Shown here: in pieces, positions 19,332-30,100 of the stretch
How the letters are laid out: every line of letters begins with the position of its first letter
Position numbering within the stretch: the first letter of the stretch is position 1
Assembly (NCBI GenBank): GCA_903864505.1
Contig: CAIPGC010000103.1
Coordinates: 97-64,096 of the forward strand
Origin: an uncultured beta proteobacterium
Lineage (GTDB): Bacteria > Pseudomonadota > Gammaproteobacteria > Burkholderiales > Burkholderiaceae_C
Length of the DNA: 64,000 nt
Direction: 5' to 3'
Notes under the pieces: generated by a model
Told to the model about the DNA's origin: nothing
The model's input: the letters and a program-made list of their open reading frames with translations, nothing else
Databases searched by the model: none
Translations under genes and position numbers: made by a program

Positions 19332-21968
19332 TTGACCACGTACACCGTAACGACCGGCACGGCAGGAGCGCCCACGGCCTATGCCAACCTGGGCATTCGG
19401 GCCACGGCAGATATTTTCAACGTCAACGGTGGATACCTGCGCGTGGACTGCGACTCGCGTTACGGCGTCAATGGTGCAGCTGCTGCGAGCTTTGGCAACA
19501 TCGTTCTGTCTGCTACCTTGGGTGGGACTATCGAATTTAATGCTACAAAAGTTCGCCTGATCCCATTCGCATCTGGCGCGGGCACCGTGCCTGCGGCGGA
19601 CACCGCTATCGGTACAGCAGGCGGCGCATCGGGCAAGCTGATCGGTGTTTACTCTGCCCTCAATGCAGCACCTACAGCAGCTGCAGCGGCCATGCCCGCA
19701 ACAGGCTACATCAAGGTGCGCGAATGGAACAGCACCACCTACGCCACCGCTACCGCGCTCACCGGCATATCAGCCACCACCTCCGCAGTAGACGGCCCTG
19801 GCTGGATCGAATGTGTGGGTGTGGACGCCAGCGGCGCCACCGTCAACCGCCTAAACAACTTCATCGTGCGTGGCGACTGGTACGACTTTCAGGGCGTCAC
19901 CACCACGGGCGCAAACACTGGCACCTACCAAATCCCCACCAACGGCTCGGGCGTCAATTACTTCCCTGGCGTATGGGTAGAGACCGCCGCAAGCTCTGGT
20001 GTGTACGAGTTCTACCCCTGCGCCGGATCGCTCGCGGCGCTGGTCGCCAACGTCGGTGTTGAAGCCACACGCGGTAAATTCTGCTGGATCGCAGCCGCCA
20101 CTGGCCTGCTGCGTTTCGGCAGCGACGGCACCAACGCCACAGGCGGATTCGTACCTGCAGCGGGTTTGAAGATTCGTATCCCCAACATCTTCTTTGTAAC
20201 CTGCGTTGCAGCCGCATCGGTCAACGTCATCCCAAACGCCACCCTCACCACCCGCTACAAATTCACCACGACGGGTGGCGGCGTGATAGATATTGACAAA
20301 TGCTGCTTTAACTGGGGCGCATTGTTCGCACAAGCATTCTCGGTGGCGTTGACCAATACCGCGATCATGTCCAACCTGACCGTGACTGAGTGCGCCCAGC
20401 CAGTTGCCTGGAGTCAGGTGGGTATCGGGCAAGAGGCCGCAGCCACCAACACCGCTTTGGTGCTGGGGCTCTGCTTTGCTGGCGGCACGGTCAGCAACTG
20501 CACTTTTACGCGGGCGGCGCTGGCCACTGCGGTATTCATTGCCACCCTGACAGACGTTACCGGCTTCACCTTCACCAGTTGCCGCATGCACACCATGGCC
20601 GTAAAGGCCAATGTGGGCGCAGGCTCATGGTGGCTCACGCGGTCGGTGAACTGCACCTGGACCAGCAACTACATCACAGGCGCAAAAGCCATGCTGATTG
20701 GTTGCAGCGGCCTGACCTGGACCAACACCCATTACAACGACGTATTGGGTGGAGTCACAGCCACCACGGCAGCTCAGAACAACTCGGTGTGGGAGCTTTC
20801 TGGCGCAGCATCGTCAAACCTCAAATTCGATGGTCTGGACTTCAATGGCATCGTCAACACCGCGCCCTACATATCGCTGTTGAGCATCGGCGTTGCCGGT
20901 TGTTCTGCGATCAAGCTGCGAAACATCGGCACCTACGCCGCACCACTCGCACTCGGCACGGCAACGGTATTCACGGGCGCTGTAATTCTGGGCCTTGCTG
21001 GTGGTGCGTGTTCTGACCTCAAGGTGCAGCGCGTCTACTGTGCCAATACCCGCTTGAACGGAATCTACTTTGGATCTTCCACGGTGCCTGACAACTCATC
21101 GTCCAAGTGGACGTTTGAGAATGTCTTCACAGACTACGCCGACAACGCCGACCTGGGTGTGATCCTGCAAATGAAATACAAGGGTTGTGGAGGCGTGCCT
21201 GCACTGGCTGCGTCTGCCTCGATCTACGGCACCCACTTTATGGACTTCTTCACCAGCACCACGGCTGGGCGGATTGCCATCCTGATGAACGAGTCCAACG
21301 CCAACACTACGGCACAGGTCACGCTCACGGGAGGCGCTGCGTTCACATCAGCAGGTGGGCTGTATATGCCTGTGATTGGGCAGACAGTTACGTTCGAGAC
21401 ACCCGAGTACATCATTGGGCATACCGGGTTCACTAACAGCGCAGCCATCATGGCGGGCGGTACGGCGACCAACTACACCTATGGGTTCCAAATCGACAAG
21501 AACGATGGTGCAGGCTGGAGTACGCTTACCTCTGGCTCGACTGCCACAACACTCGCAACTGCACTCAATGCGCTGACCGGAATCAGTGCAGTCAACGGCT
21601 TCAAGCTGCGTATCAAGATCACCACCGGCACTACCAACGCCACGGCGATCACATCGTTCTACATGCTCACCACCAGCACCACGACGACGCAGGCGTACCA
21701 GTACCCACTGGAGACATACACGGTCACCTTCACCGGGCTGCCAACGGGGAGTGATGTGGTGGTGCTCACCGCAGGCACCTCCACCGTGCTCGACATCAAA
21801 GACGCGCTCGCATCCACCAGCTACGGCTACACGTACTCAGGCGCGCAGACGGTGGACGTGGGCTTCATCAACCCAGGCTACGTGCCTTTTTACATTCGCA
21901 ACCTGTCACTCACCACGGCAGACTCCACCATCCCAGTCAGCCTAACCGTTGACCGCAATTACCAGTAG
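19332..21968 (+). CDS. 878-aa beta-helix-like structural/adhesin protein (module gene 4)
   Basis: T/A/G/N-rich with repeated xTFTxC / xTWTxN rungs typical of parallel beta-helices. Confidence 0.65.
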   Translation: MTTYTVTTGTAGAPTAYANLGIRATADIFNVNGGYLRVDCDSRYGVNGAAAASFGNIVLSATLGGTIEFNATKVRLIPFASGAGTVPAADTAIGTAGGASGKLIGVYSALNAAPTAAAAAMPATGYIKVREWNSTTYATATALTGISATTSAVDGPGWIECVGVDASGATVNRLNNFIVRGDWYDFQGVTTTGANTGTYQIPTNGSGVNYFPGVWVETAASSGVYEFYPCAGSLAALVANVGVEATRGKFCWIAAATGLLRFGSDGTNATGGFVPAAGLKIRIPNIFFVTCVAAASVNVIPNATLTTRYKFTTTGGGVIDIDKCCFNWGALFAQAFSVALTNTAIMSNLTVTECAQPVAWSQVGIGQEAAATNTALVLGLCFAGGTVSNCTFTRAALATAVFIATLTDVTGFTFTSCRMHTMAVKANVGAGSWWLTRSVNCTWTSNYITGAKAMLIGCSGLTWTNTHYNDVLGGVTATTAAQNNSVWELSGAASSNLKFDGLDFNGIVNTAPYISLLSIGVAGCSAIKLRNIGTYAAPLALGTATVFTGAVILGLAGGACSDLKVQRVYCANTRLNGIYFGSSTVPDNSSSKWTFENVFTDYADNADLGVILQMKYKGCGGVPALAASASIYGTHFMDFFTSTTAGRIAILMNESNANTTAQVTLTGGAAFTSAGGLYMPVIGQTVTFETPEYIIGHTGFTNSAAIMAGGTATNYTYGFQIDKNDGAGWSTLTSGSTATTLATALNALTGISAVNGFKLRIKITTGTTNATAITSFYMLTTSTTTTQAYQYPLETYTVTFTGLPTGSDVVVLTAGTSTVLDIKDALASTSYGYTYSGAQTVDVGFINPGYVPFYIRNLSLTTADSTIPVSLTVDRNYQ

Positions 21969-21979
21969 GACTAACCACC

Positions 21980-23368
21980 ATGGCAAAAATCACCAGCAAA
22001 GCAGGTCTTGTAGTCGGCACCAACCTCACCATTGACGAGCCAGGCCGCATCATCACATTGAATGTCGGCGGGTCGCTTATCGCCAAAGACGGCGTAACCC
22101 TCCAGGCGCTCTACTCCAAGCTAGTCGATTTGTGGGCCACCAGCACCTACCAAGACAGCCCATTCCCCATGTACGCAATCGATGCATTGTCTGGCCAGTT
22201 CCAGATCGGCACCGATGGCAGCACCTACAGCGGCTGGAAGTTCAGCGATGTGGACAGCGATGCTACCCGCAACATGCTGCGTGACGGCGGCTGGTCCGAG
22301 TGGTCCAGCGCGGGCGTCAAACTGCAAGAATACGCAGGCTTCATCGGTCTGGGCTCCATCACCCCAGCCACCACCGTGCAGCCCTACTACCACCTGGGCG
22401 CAACCGACGCGCCTATCAACTTCCCCTTCACTGACCAGTTCAACGTAGGCGTGCGCGTCTATGGCGATGCCAGCCACGGCAGTCTCGACAAACGCACCTA
22501 CGCCAAAGCCTTTGTGCGCGAGTATGGCAAGAAGTTCAAATCCTCCATCCTGGCAGACACAGGCGCCACCGCCACGGGCGCCAACAAAGTCAACTTCCTT
22601 GTCTCCAATGAAGACGACCTCAAAATCACCACCCTGCTGGGCTCTGTTGCAGCCACGGGCGACTCTGCCATGGCAGGCGCACCCTACAGCGGCATCACAG
22701 TGGCGTACTACACCGCCAACCAAAGCCGCACCATCAACAGCGTAGCGTGCAACTTCAAAACCATCATCGCTGGCAACGGCGCTACCCTTGAGCAAATCTA
22801 CGCCAAGATTCAATACCTGCTGCGCCAGGGAACCGACATCAACACCGGCGGTACCGCAGGCAGCAAGATCGGCAAGATTCAGTCCGACTTGCTCACCTTT
22901 GTTGGCGACACCCTGGTCACCAGCCAAAGCGTGTTTATCGACAACATCCTGGGCACCGACTCCAATCGCATCGAGTTTTACGACGACTCCAACACCAAGC
23001 GCACCAACCCCTACACCGCAGCGGGCACCATGTCATTCAACTCGGTGCTGGTGGGCGCAGGCTCCAGCTACCGTCTCATGTACTCCGCCCCTGCAGGCGC
23101 AGGCAACGACTATGGCGAGGCCGGTGCCATCACCGTCAAAGACTCCACCAACGCAGACATCACCGGCACCATCAGCGCAGCCAGCATCGGGTTTGACTTT
23201 GATTACGACAACAGCACCGCTGGTGGCACCGCGGGCACAGACAAGGCGGTAACCCTCATTGGCATTCGCCCCGGCTCTGGCAAGTTCGCCATGGCCACCG
23301 GCACCTTATCGCGCTCCAAGGGCATCAGCTTGTCGCTAGTCGCTGAGCAGGACCGCGTTTACGCATAA
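21980..23368 (+). CDS. 462-aa putative virion structural protein (module gene 5)
   Basis: DGVTLQALYSKL...FPM..I...QF...GW motif, recalled from phage structural proteins but not searched; RBS AGGA. Confidence 0.65.
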   Translation: MAKITSKAGLVVGTNLTIDEPGRIITLNVGGSLIAKDGVTLQALYSKLVDLWATSTYQDSPFPMYAIDALSGQFQIGTDGSTYSGWKFSDVDSDATRNMLRDGGWSEWSSAGVKLQEYAGFIGLGSITPATTVQPYYHLGATDAPINFPFTDQFNVGVRVYGDASHGSLDKRTYAKAFVREYGKKFKSSILADTGATATGANKVNFLVSNEDDLKITTLLGSVAATGDSAMAGAPYSGITVAYYTANQSRTINSVACNFKTIIAGNGATLEQIYAKIQYLLRQGTDINTGGTAGSKIGKIQSDLLTFVGDTLVTSQSVFIDNILGTDSNRIEFYDDSNTKRTNPYTAAGTMSFNSVLVGAGSSYRLMYSAPAGAGNDYGEAGAITVKDSTNADITGTISAASIGFDFDYDNSTAGGTAGTDKAVTLIGIRPGSGKFAMATGTLSRSKGISLSLVAEQDRVYA

Positions 23369-23371
23369 GGC

Positions 23372-23935
23372 TTGCCCGTGCCCATCACCTTCGATGCCGC
23401 TGCCAAGCGCATCATTCTCGACTCCGCCAGCGTCACCGCCACCGAGCTATACAGCCGCTCGGCAGACTGGCTCGCCACGTCAGACAACGCAAAGTATGGC
23501 GCCGTCTTTCGCCAGGTGGGCGGCGACGACCTGGGCGGCGGCCTATCCATCCCGCCTTACTTTTTCTTGCAAGGCGCATGGCGCGTGCGCCCCATGGAGT
23601 CTGCGCACAACCTCACCATCACCGGCAATTTATTCGTTGAGGGCGGCGGCGTGCCCGTGGTGTCCACGGTTGGCACCTACCAGGTCAACGTCAACTACAC
23701 CGTGCCCGTGCAGGCGCAAGGCATCAGCACATCGGGCAGCACAGGGCCGACGGCGGCGGATATTGCGGCAGCCGTGCGCGCCAGCATTGCCACGGAACTT
23801 GCCCAGATCACCAAGGTTTCCAAGATCCACGGCGTTGGTGTCGACCTGGTTGTCACGCCAACCAGTAGAACGGCCGGCGACTTGCTGCAAACCATCACCA
23901 CGACGAGCAATTCCACGACGGTATCGGCGGCATGA
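23372..23935 (+). CDS. 187-aa putative virion protein (module gene 6)
   Basis: ITFD....RIIL...ELYS..DW...VGGDDLGGG..IP.YFFL...WRVRP motif. Confidence 0.65.
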   Translation: MPVPITFDAAAKRIILDSASVTATELYSRSADWLATSDNAKYGAVFRQVGGDDLGGGLSIPPYFFLQGAWRVRPMESAHNLTITGNLFVEGGGVPVVSTVGTYQVNVNYTVPVQAQGISTSGSTGPTAADIAAAVRASIATELAQITKVSKIHGVGVDLVVTPTSRTAGDLLQTITTTSNSTTVSAA

Positions 23936-24132
23936 ACCCGCTTGTGCTTGCAGTCCAAGGCCTAGACTTTGGATTCGCGGCCATTGCCGTACTCGGTTTC
24001 ATTGCCTACGTCGCACAAAACACCGATCTGAACGGACCGGACGACGAAGAGCCCGACCGAATCCAAACACAAAACAACGCATTGCTGCAGATCATTGCAG
24101 CATTCGTAGCATCAGGAGCACTCGATGGGTAG
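23932..24132 (+). CDS. 66-aa hypothetical protein (module gene 7)
   Basis: ATGA-coupled; overlaps the start of the giant ORF. Confidence 0.6.
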   Translation: MNPLVLAVQGLDFGFAAIAVLGFIAYVAQNTDLNGPDDEEPDRIQTQNNALLQIIAAFVASGALDG

Positions 24133-27100
24133 CCTTACAGCTTGCTTGAAAAAGGCCGGAACAAGCCTGCGCGCAGAAGACAAGTCGGCCATCTTGGCGC
24201 TGTCTCGCCAGTACCGCTCAGAAGGGTTGAGCCCGAACGACGCAGCGATGAAGGCGATCGACACGCAACTCTCTGCCGTTGGGAAAATGATCGAGCAGGA
24301 GCAGGCACCCAAAAAAGTGGATCTGTTTGGCGAAGCTCCGAATGCATCGCAACAGGCCGCCGAAGACTTGCGCCAGAAGCAAAAGAAGAAGGAGCAAGCG
24401 CAGCGTGACAGGGCGCCGACAGCCAACGACTTTGATCTTGGCATGGTGGACCAGAAGACCGGAGACGAAGTAGCGCCTGGTCAAGCCGAGATAGCCGTGA
24501 ATGAGGATGAAGCCAAGGCCAAAGCCGACCTGATGAATGCGCTGGCGGACCTTGGAAGTCTGCTATCGGCACCAGGGCGCATGAACATTGCTCCAGAGCA
24601 GGAGCAGAAGCTGCTTCCCATCCTGACAAGGTTGTTCGATGCAGCGTTCCGCCTTGGGTACACCAAGTTCAAGGACGCGGCGAAGTTTGCTCTGGATCAG
24701 ATCAAGGCAGCACTGGGTCAGGAAACTGCAAACTCCATCGACCTGAATCACCTTCAAGGTGCGTACATCGCTATGTCTGGAGGGAAGACTGGCGCCGACA
24801 ACATTCGCACGGTCAGCACCATCGAGAGCAAATCAGAGGTTGAAAACCACACGGCGCAAACCGATAATCAACGCAAGGAGCAACTGAATGTACCAAGTGC
24901 CAACGCCAGTGTGGAACGACATAGCCCGCAGCCAGCCACTGAGCCAGCCGTGGGCCAAGCTGTTTCGGATGAACTACGAGCAACTGGTGGAGAACCTTCC
25001 CAAGCTGGTGGACGAACCGATAGAGGCGCTGGGAGCGGACAACTCGACGGTGTTGGCTTATCGTCTGGTGGCGCCGCTACTGCAAGAGAACGAGGCGATC
25101 AGCGCGTACATCGAAGAGACGGAGAACTTGAGCTTGCGAGCATCACTTCCGGAGATCAATTCGGTGAACGAGGCAGTGATGTTGGCATCCGAGGAATACC
25201 GCCTGAACCAATCTCAACAAAACAAGTTAGAGAAACTGCTGAATCGTTTGATGACCGAATAATCAAAGGCAGGGAGCAGAAGGCTGCGGCATCCATCAAG
25301 CCCATTGATGGCGACCTTCAGAACATTCGCGACACCCTCCCGCAACTTCTACCAGCACAACAGGACGACGTTCACAAGGCAGAGACGCGCTTTGCCAAGC
25401 CCAATGGCTTTGGCATGCTGTTTACCAACGGGACCGGAACAGGAAAGACTTTCAGCGGGCTTGGCATCATCAAGCGCTTCGAACTGAAGGGCAAGAAGAA
25501 CGCCATCATTCTGGCGCCTGATGACAAGATAGCTGCAGACTGGATCAAGGCCGGAAAGCTGCTGGGCCTGGACATCACCAAGCTGGCAGACACCAAGGAC
25601 TCCGGAAAAGGCATCGTCATCACGACCTATGCCAACTTCGGAGCCAACGACAAGACGGCATCGCGGCAATGGGATCTGGTTGTTGCCGACGAGGCGCACT
25701 CGCTTATGCAGGAAGCGCATGGGACTCCAACCGGGTACCTGCACAACCTCAGAGCCATTACCTACCATCCGGATGGCGTGCACACACGCCACAGCATGCT
25801 GCACCGCGAAGAGATCGAGCGCAGCGCCTTCCTGCACAGGGAGATCAAGGCGAACAACAAGATCATGAGCAACGACGACACCATGGATGCCATGGTTTCA
25901 TCGCTGCGCAGTGAGAATGAAAAGCTGGAAGCAGAGGTATCCAAGATCGACGCCAAGTTGCGCGCGGATCTGGACGCCTTGAAAGACGAGGTGCACAACC
26001 GCCAAAGCACGCGCCCGCGCCTGGTGGCATTGTCTGCAACCCCATTCGCCTACGAGAAGACGATTGACTGGGCCAATGGCTACCTGTTTGAGTACAACGA
26101 TGGCCAGCCTTCGGAAGAGCGCGAATTCAGAGGGTACAACTCCGGGTCGAACCGTGATCGGTACTTCATGCAGCACTTTGGCTACACGATGAGGTACAAC
26201 AAGCTCACCGAGCCCGATGGCAGCAAGGTGGACCGCGGGTTACTGCAGAGAAACTGGAACGCCAACCTCAAGAAGGCGGGATCTTTGTCCGGCCGCATGT
26301 TGGACGTAGTTCCTGACTACGACCGCAGGTTTGTAACGGTCGACTCTGCCATTGGCCATCGAATCGACGAAGCCCTTGAGTGGATCTCCAAGCAGCGCCA
26401 GGACGCACCCAAGGGAGACGAAGGTTTCTCAATGCTCAGTGAGGTGATCAACGACAAGTTCAAATACTTGCAAAAGCGTTACTTGCTGGAAGCGATCAAG
26501 GCGACCGAGGTGATTCCGATCGTCAAGCAGCACCTTGCACTCAATCGCAAAGTGGTGGTGTTCCACGACTACAAAAAGGGCGGAGGATTCAACCCGTTCT
26601 CCATCAGCATCGGTACGGCGAAGAGCGAAGAACCGAACCAGCAAGCACGCATCGAGAGCTTCAGAAAAGCTGTGACCGCCTTCAACACCGAGTTCAAAGA
26701 CTTGGTTGAAGCGCCACTCGGAGACATGGATTCACCCATCGAAGTGTTTGCGCGCGAACTGCCTCAGACCATGTTCATCAATGGGGATGAGAAAAAGAGC
26801 GACTTGCTCCAGCGATACGAGAAGTTTCAGGACGACGCCAGCGGCCCCCAAGTGATGCTGGTTCAATCGGCCAAGAACAAAGGCTGGAGCGGGCACGACA
26901 CCACCGGGAAACATCAGCGTGTCTTGATCAACCTGGGGCAACCCACGGCGCCCACGCTGGCGATCCAGCAGGAAGGCCGGATCTACCGCACCGGGCAGGC
27001 ATCAGACGCGATCATGCGCTACCTGAACACCGGAACCAATTGGGAGCGCTGGACATTCGCATCCACCATTGCCGGCCGCGCGAGCACCGCGGAGAACCTT

Positions 27101-30100
27101 GGCATGGGCGAGATGGCCAGGGCACTGAAGGACTCGTTCATTCAATCGTTTGATGAATCAGACGCCTACCCACCAGGCCATGAAGGCGAAGGCAAAGGCG
27201 GAAAAGAGCGCGACAAGGCGGCAAACGACGCTTTGACCGAGTACGACCGCGCCAAAACCTACTACTGGGCTACCCAGAAAAAGAACAGCAAGACCAAAGC
27301 CCAAGAGGGTGCGGACTACTTCGCAACCCCTGAGCCGGTGGGCTTGAAGATGGTCGAATGGTTGGATGCCAGGCCCGAGGAAGACACTCTTGAACCAAGC
27401 GCAGGACATGGCGCGATCTCCCGCTGGCTGCCGGATGTGACAAAGCGCACCGTGGTGGAGCCAAGCCTAGCCCTACGGTCCCGCCTTGCGTTGGTGATGA
27501 ACCCCAATGAGGACCGCATCATTGCCGGCACCTTTGAGGAACTGGGCGTCAACAACAAGTACGACGGCATTGTGATGAACCCGCCGTTCGGATCTGGCGG
27601 AAAGACGGCTATTGACCATCTGGCCAAGGCGGCAACGCACTTGCGTGACGGCGGCCGCATTGTTGCGCTGATCCCCACCGGGCCAGCGGCTGACAAGAAG
27701 TTCGAGAAGTGGTTCTACGAGGAATCAGAGCGCAAGGCTGCGCCTTTGTATGTGGACCCCAACCATGGGCCAATCTACAAAGGCGACACGCTGACACTGA
27801 CGGGATTCGGAACGCTCAAGAAGATTGTTGTCGACAAGGTTGATGGATCTGGCGCGGCGAAGTATGTGCGCGATGCAAACACACCTCCCAATGGCGCGAT
27901 CAACATCACCGCAATCAACAAGGTTGATCCTACCGGCAAGCGCACCGAGCAAGTAAAGATGGCCGAAGGCTTGTCCCTGGTGGCCGACATCAAACTACCG
28001 CAAGTGACGTTCGAGCGCGCGGGCACAGGCGTTGCGACTCGCATTGTGGTGATCGAGAAGTCAAACGAATGGAACACGGGCGGCGTCTACAACCGGGACT
28101 TTACCGGCATCACGACCGTTGCTGATCTGTTTGATTCCTTGGAGCACATGGCATTGCCAGACAGAGCAAAGAAGGAAGCCGCTTCAGAGGTGAAGGCGGA
28201 ACCCTCAAAACCTGAACCAAAACCGGAAGCGCCGAGCGTAAAGCTGGGCGACATGGTGACGCTCATGGGCAAGAAGTACGAGGTAACCACGTACACGACC
28301 AATGCCGGTAAAGAATTGAAGGGAGCATGGGTCCCCACCAAGGCGGTTGCCTTGTACAACGGCGCCCGGTCGACGTTCCAAGTCAAGGGCAAGGGTTTCT
28401 TTGTCCGTGAGCGCGACTTCCCGAAGGATGCCGACAGCATTGATTCGCCAATGATGGCGCGCGGCGGACAGACTTCAGAACCGTTCTACAGCGCACTCTC
28501 AAAAGGTATCGAAGGCATCAAATCAAACTCTGCACCTGGGCTCGGGTGGCTGGACGCGATCAAAGGACTGGTGAACAAGGGCCAAGTGAAAGCCGATGAG
28601 GTTGAATGGTCTGGCGTTGGAGACTGGCTGAAGCTGCAAACCGGGAAAGTCTCCAAGGCGCAAGTGCTGGAGTATCTGGCTGCCAACGGGGTTCAGATCA
28701 AGGAGGTGACGCTTGGCGAGGTAGATGAGGGCCTGCTAGAGGCGTTTCTCGGAGATGAGGCAGGAGAGGGGTTTACAAGGGAAGAGGCAATTGAGGTCCT
28801 AAAAGGTGAAGAGGGGGCAACTCCTACTAAATACGACCGCTACCAACTCCCAGGCGGGACCAACTACCGCGAAGTGTTGTTGACGCTGCCAGTGCAGGGA
28901 CCGAAGTTTGACCCTTCAAAAGTCGTGGTCAAACGTATCCGCCAATCTGTTACTCAAGGCAGCGTGCAAATTTATTACGATGGCGAAAAGATTGGTAGGC
29001 AGTATGCCGACGAAGGTACGCCAAAAACCAACTACATGCGCCCGGAGTCGGAGTGGGTTGACACAGCGAAACGCCTATTTGAATCCGGAGAGACATTGCC
29101 TGATGGCCGCGTCGTGTCAAAGGGGAAAACAGGCGCATACAAATCCTCCCATTGGGACCAGCCCAACGTGCTCGCCCACATCCGCGTCAATGACCGTACC
29201 GACGCTGAAGGTAAGCGCGTGCTCTTCGTGGAAGAGATCCAGAGCGACTGGGGTCAGGATGGTAAGAAAACAGGGTTCAGGCAGAAGTTAGATGTTGCTG
29301 GCATAGAGTCACGCACACAAGCCATTACAGCCCGTCTGCGCGAGATTGCAAAGACAGTCGAAGGAAACCCTGCGCTTGAAGAGGAATGGAATCGCCTGTC
29401 CGATGAAAAGTCAAAACTGACAGACTCACTGGTTCGCAGCAACGATGGAGCGCCAGTAGCCCCATTCGTTCAGAAGACCGAAGGCTGGCTCAACCTAGCC
29501 CTGAAGCGCATCATCAAGATCGCCGTGGACGAGGGCTACGACAAGGTGGCATTCATCAATGGCGACCAAAGCGCAGAGCGCTATGACCTTAGCAAACACA
29601 TCAAGGAATTCCGCTACGAGCCCATCAAAGGCACGGACAAGTACGAGATAGGCGCCGTTGACATCAATGGCCAGAACGTACTTGACGAGGACGAAGTAAC
29701 CCTTGCGCGCATCGAGGAACTTGTCGGAAAAGAGATTGCTTCGAAGGTTGAGCGCAAAGAAGGCGCCAAAGACAAGGACGGCTATCGCGACTGGCATTAC
29801 CTGCGCGGACTGGATCTGAAGGTGGGCGGCACTGGAATGAAAGCCTTCTACGACCAGATCGTTCCGAGCGTTGCCAAGGACGTGCTCAAGAAGGTTGGCG
29901 GCGGAGCGCTGGAGACGGTTCAGATTGGATCAAAAGAATCTGGCAAATGGGGCGTTTACGACGCTACCGATGAGGACAACCAGGGACTTATTGAATCGTT
30001 TCCCTCCAAAGCGCAAGCAGAGGAATTTGCAAAAGAGCAGGACGGAGGCGTTGAAGTTCGGCAAGTTCCAGAGTACGGCGCCCAAACAGGCTTCACCATC

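Noticed and set aside
8902-24132. Second DGR variable region in other fibre genes
   Set aside because: By eye I found no other copy of the TR core (GGCTCGATCGCCGGGTGCTGGGCCCGG) at these gene ends. A BLASTN self-search would settle it.
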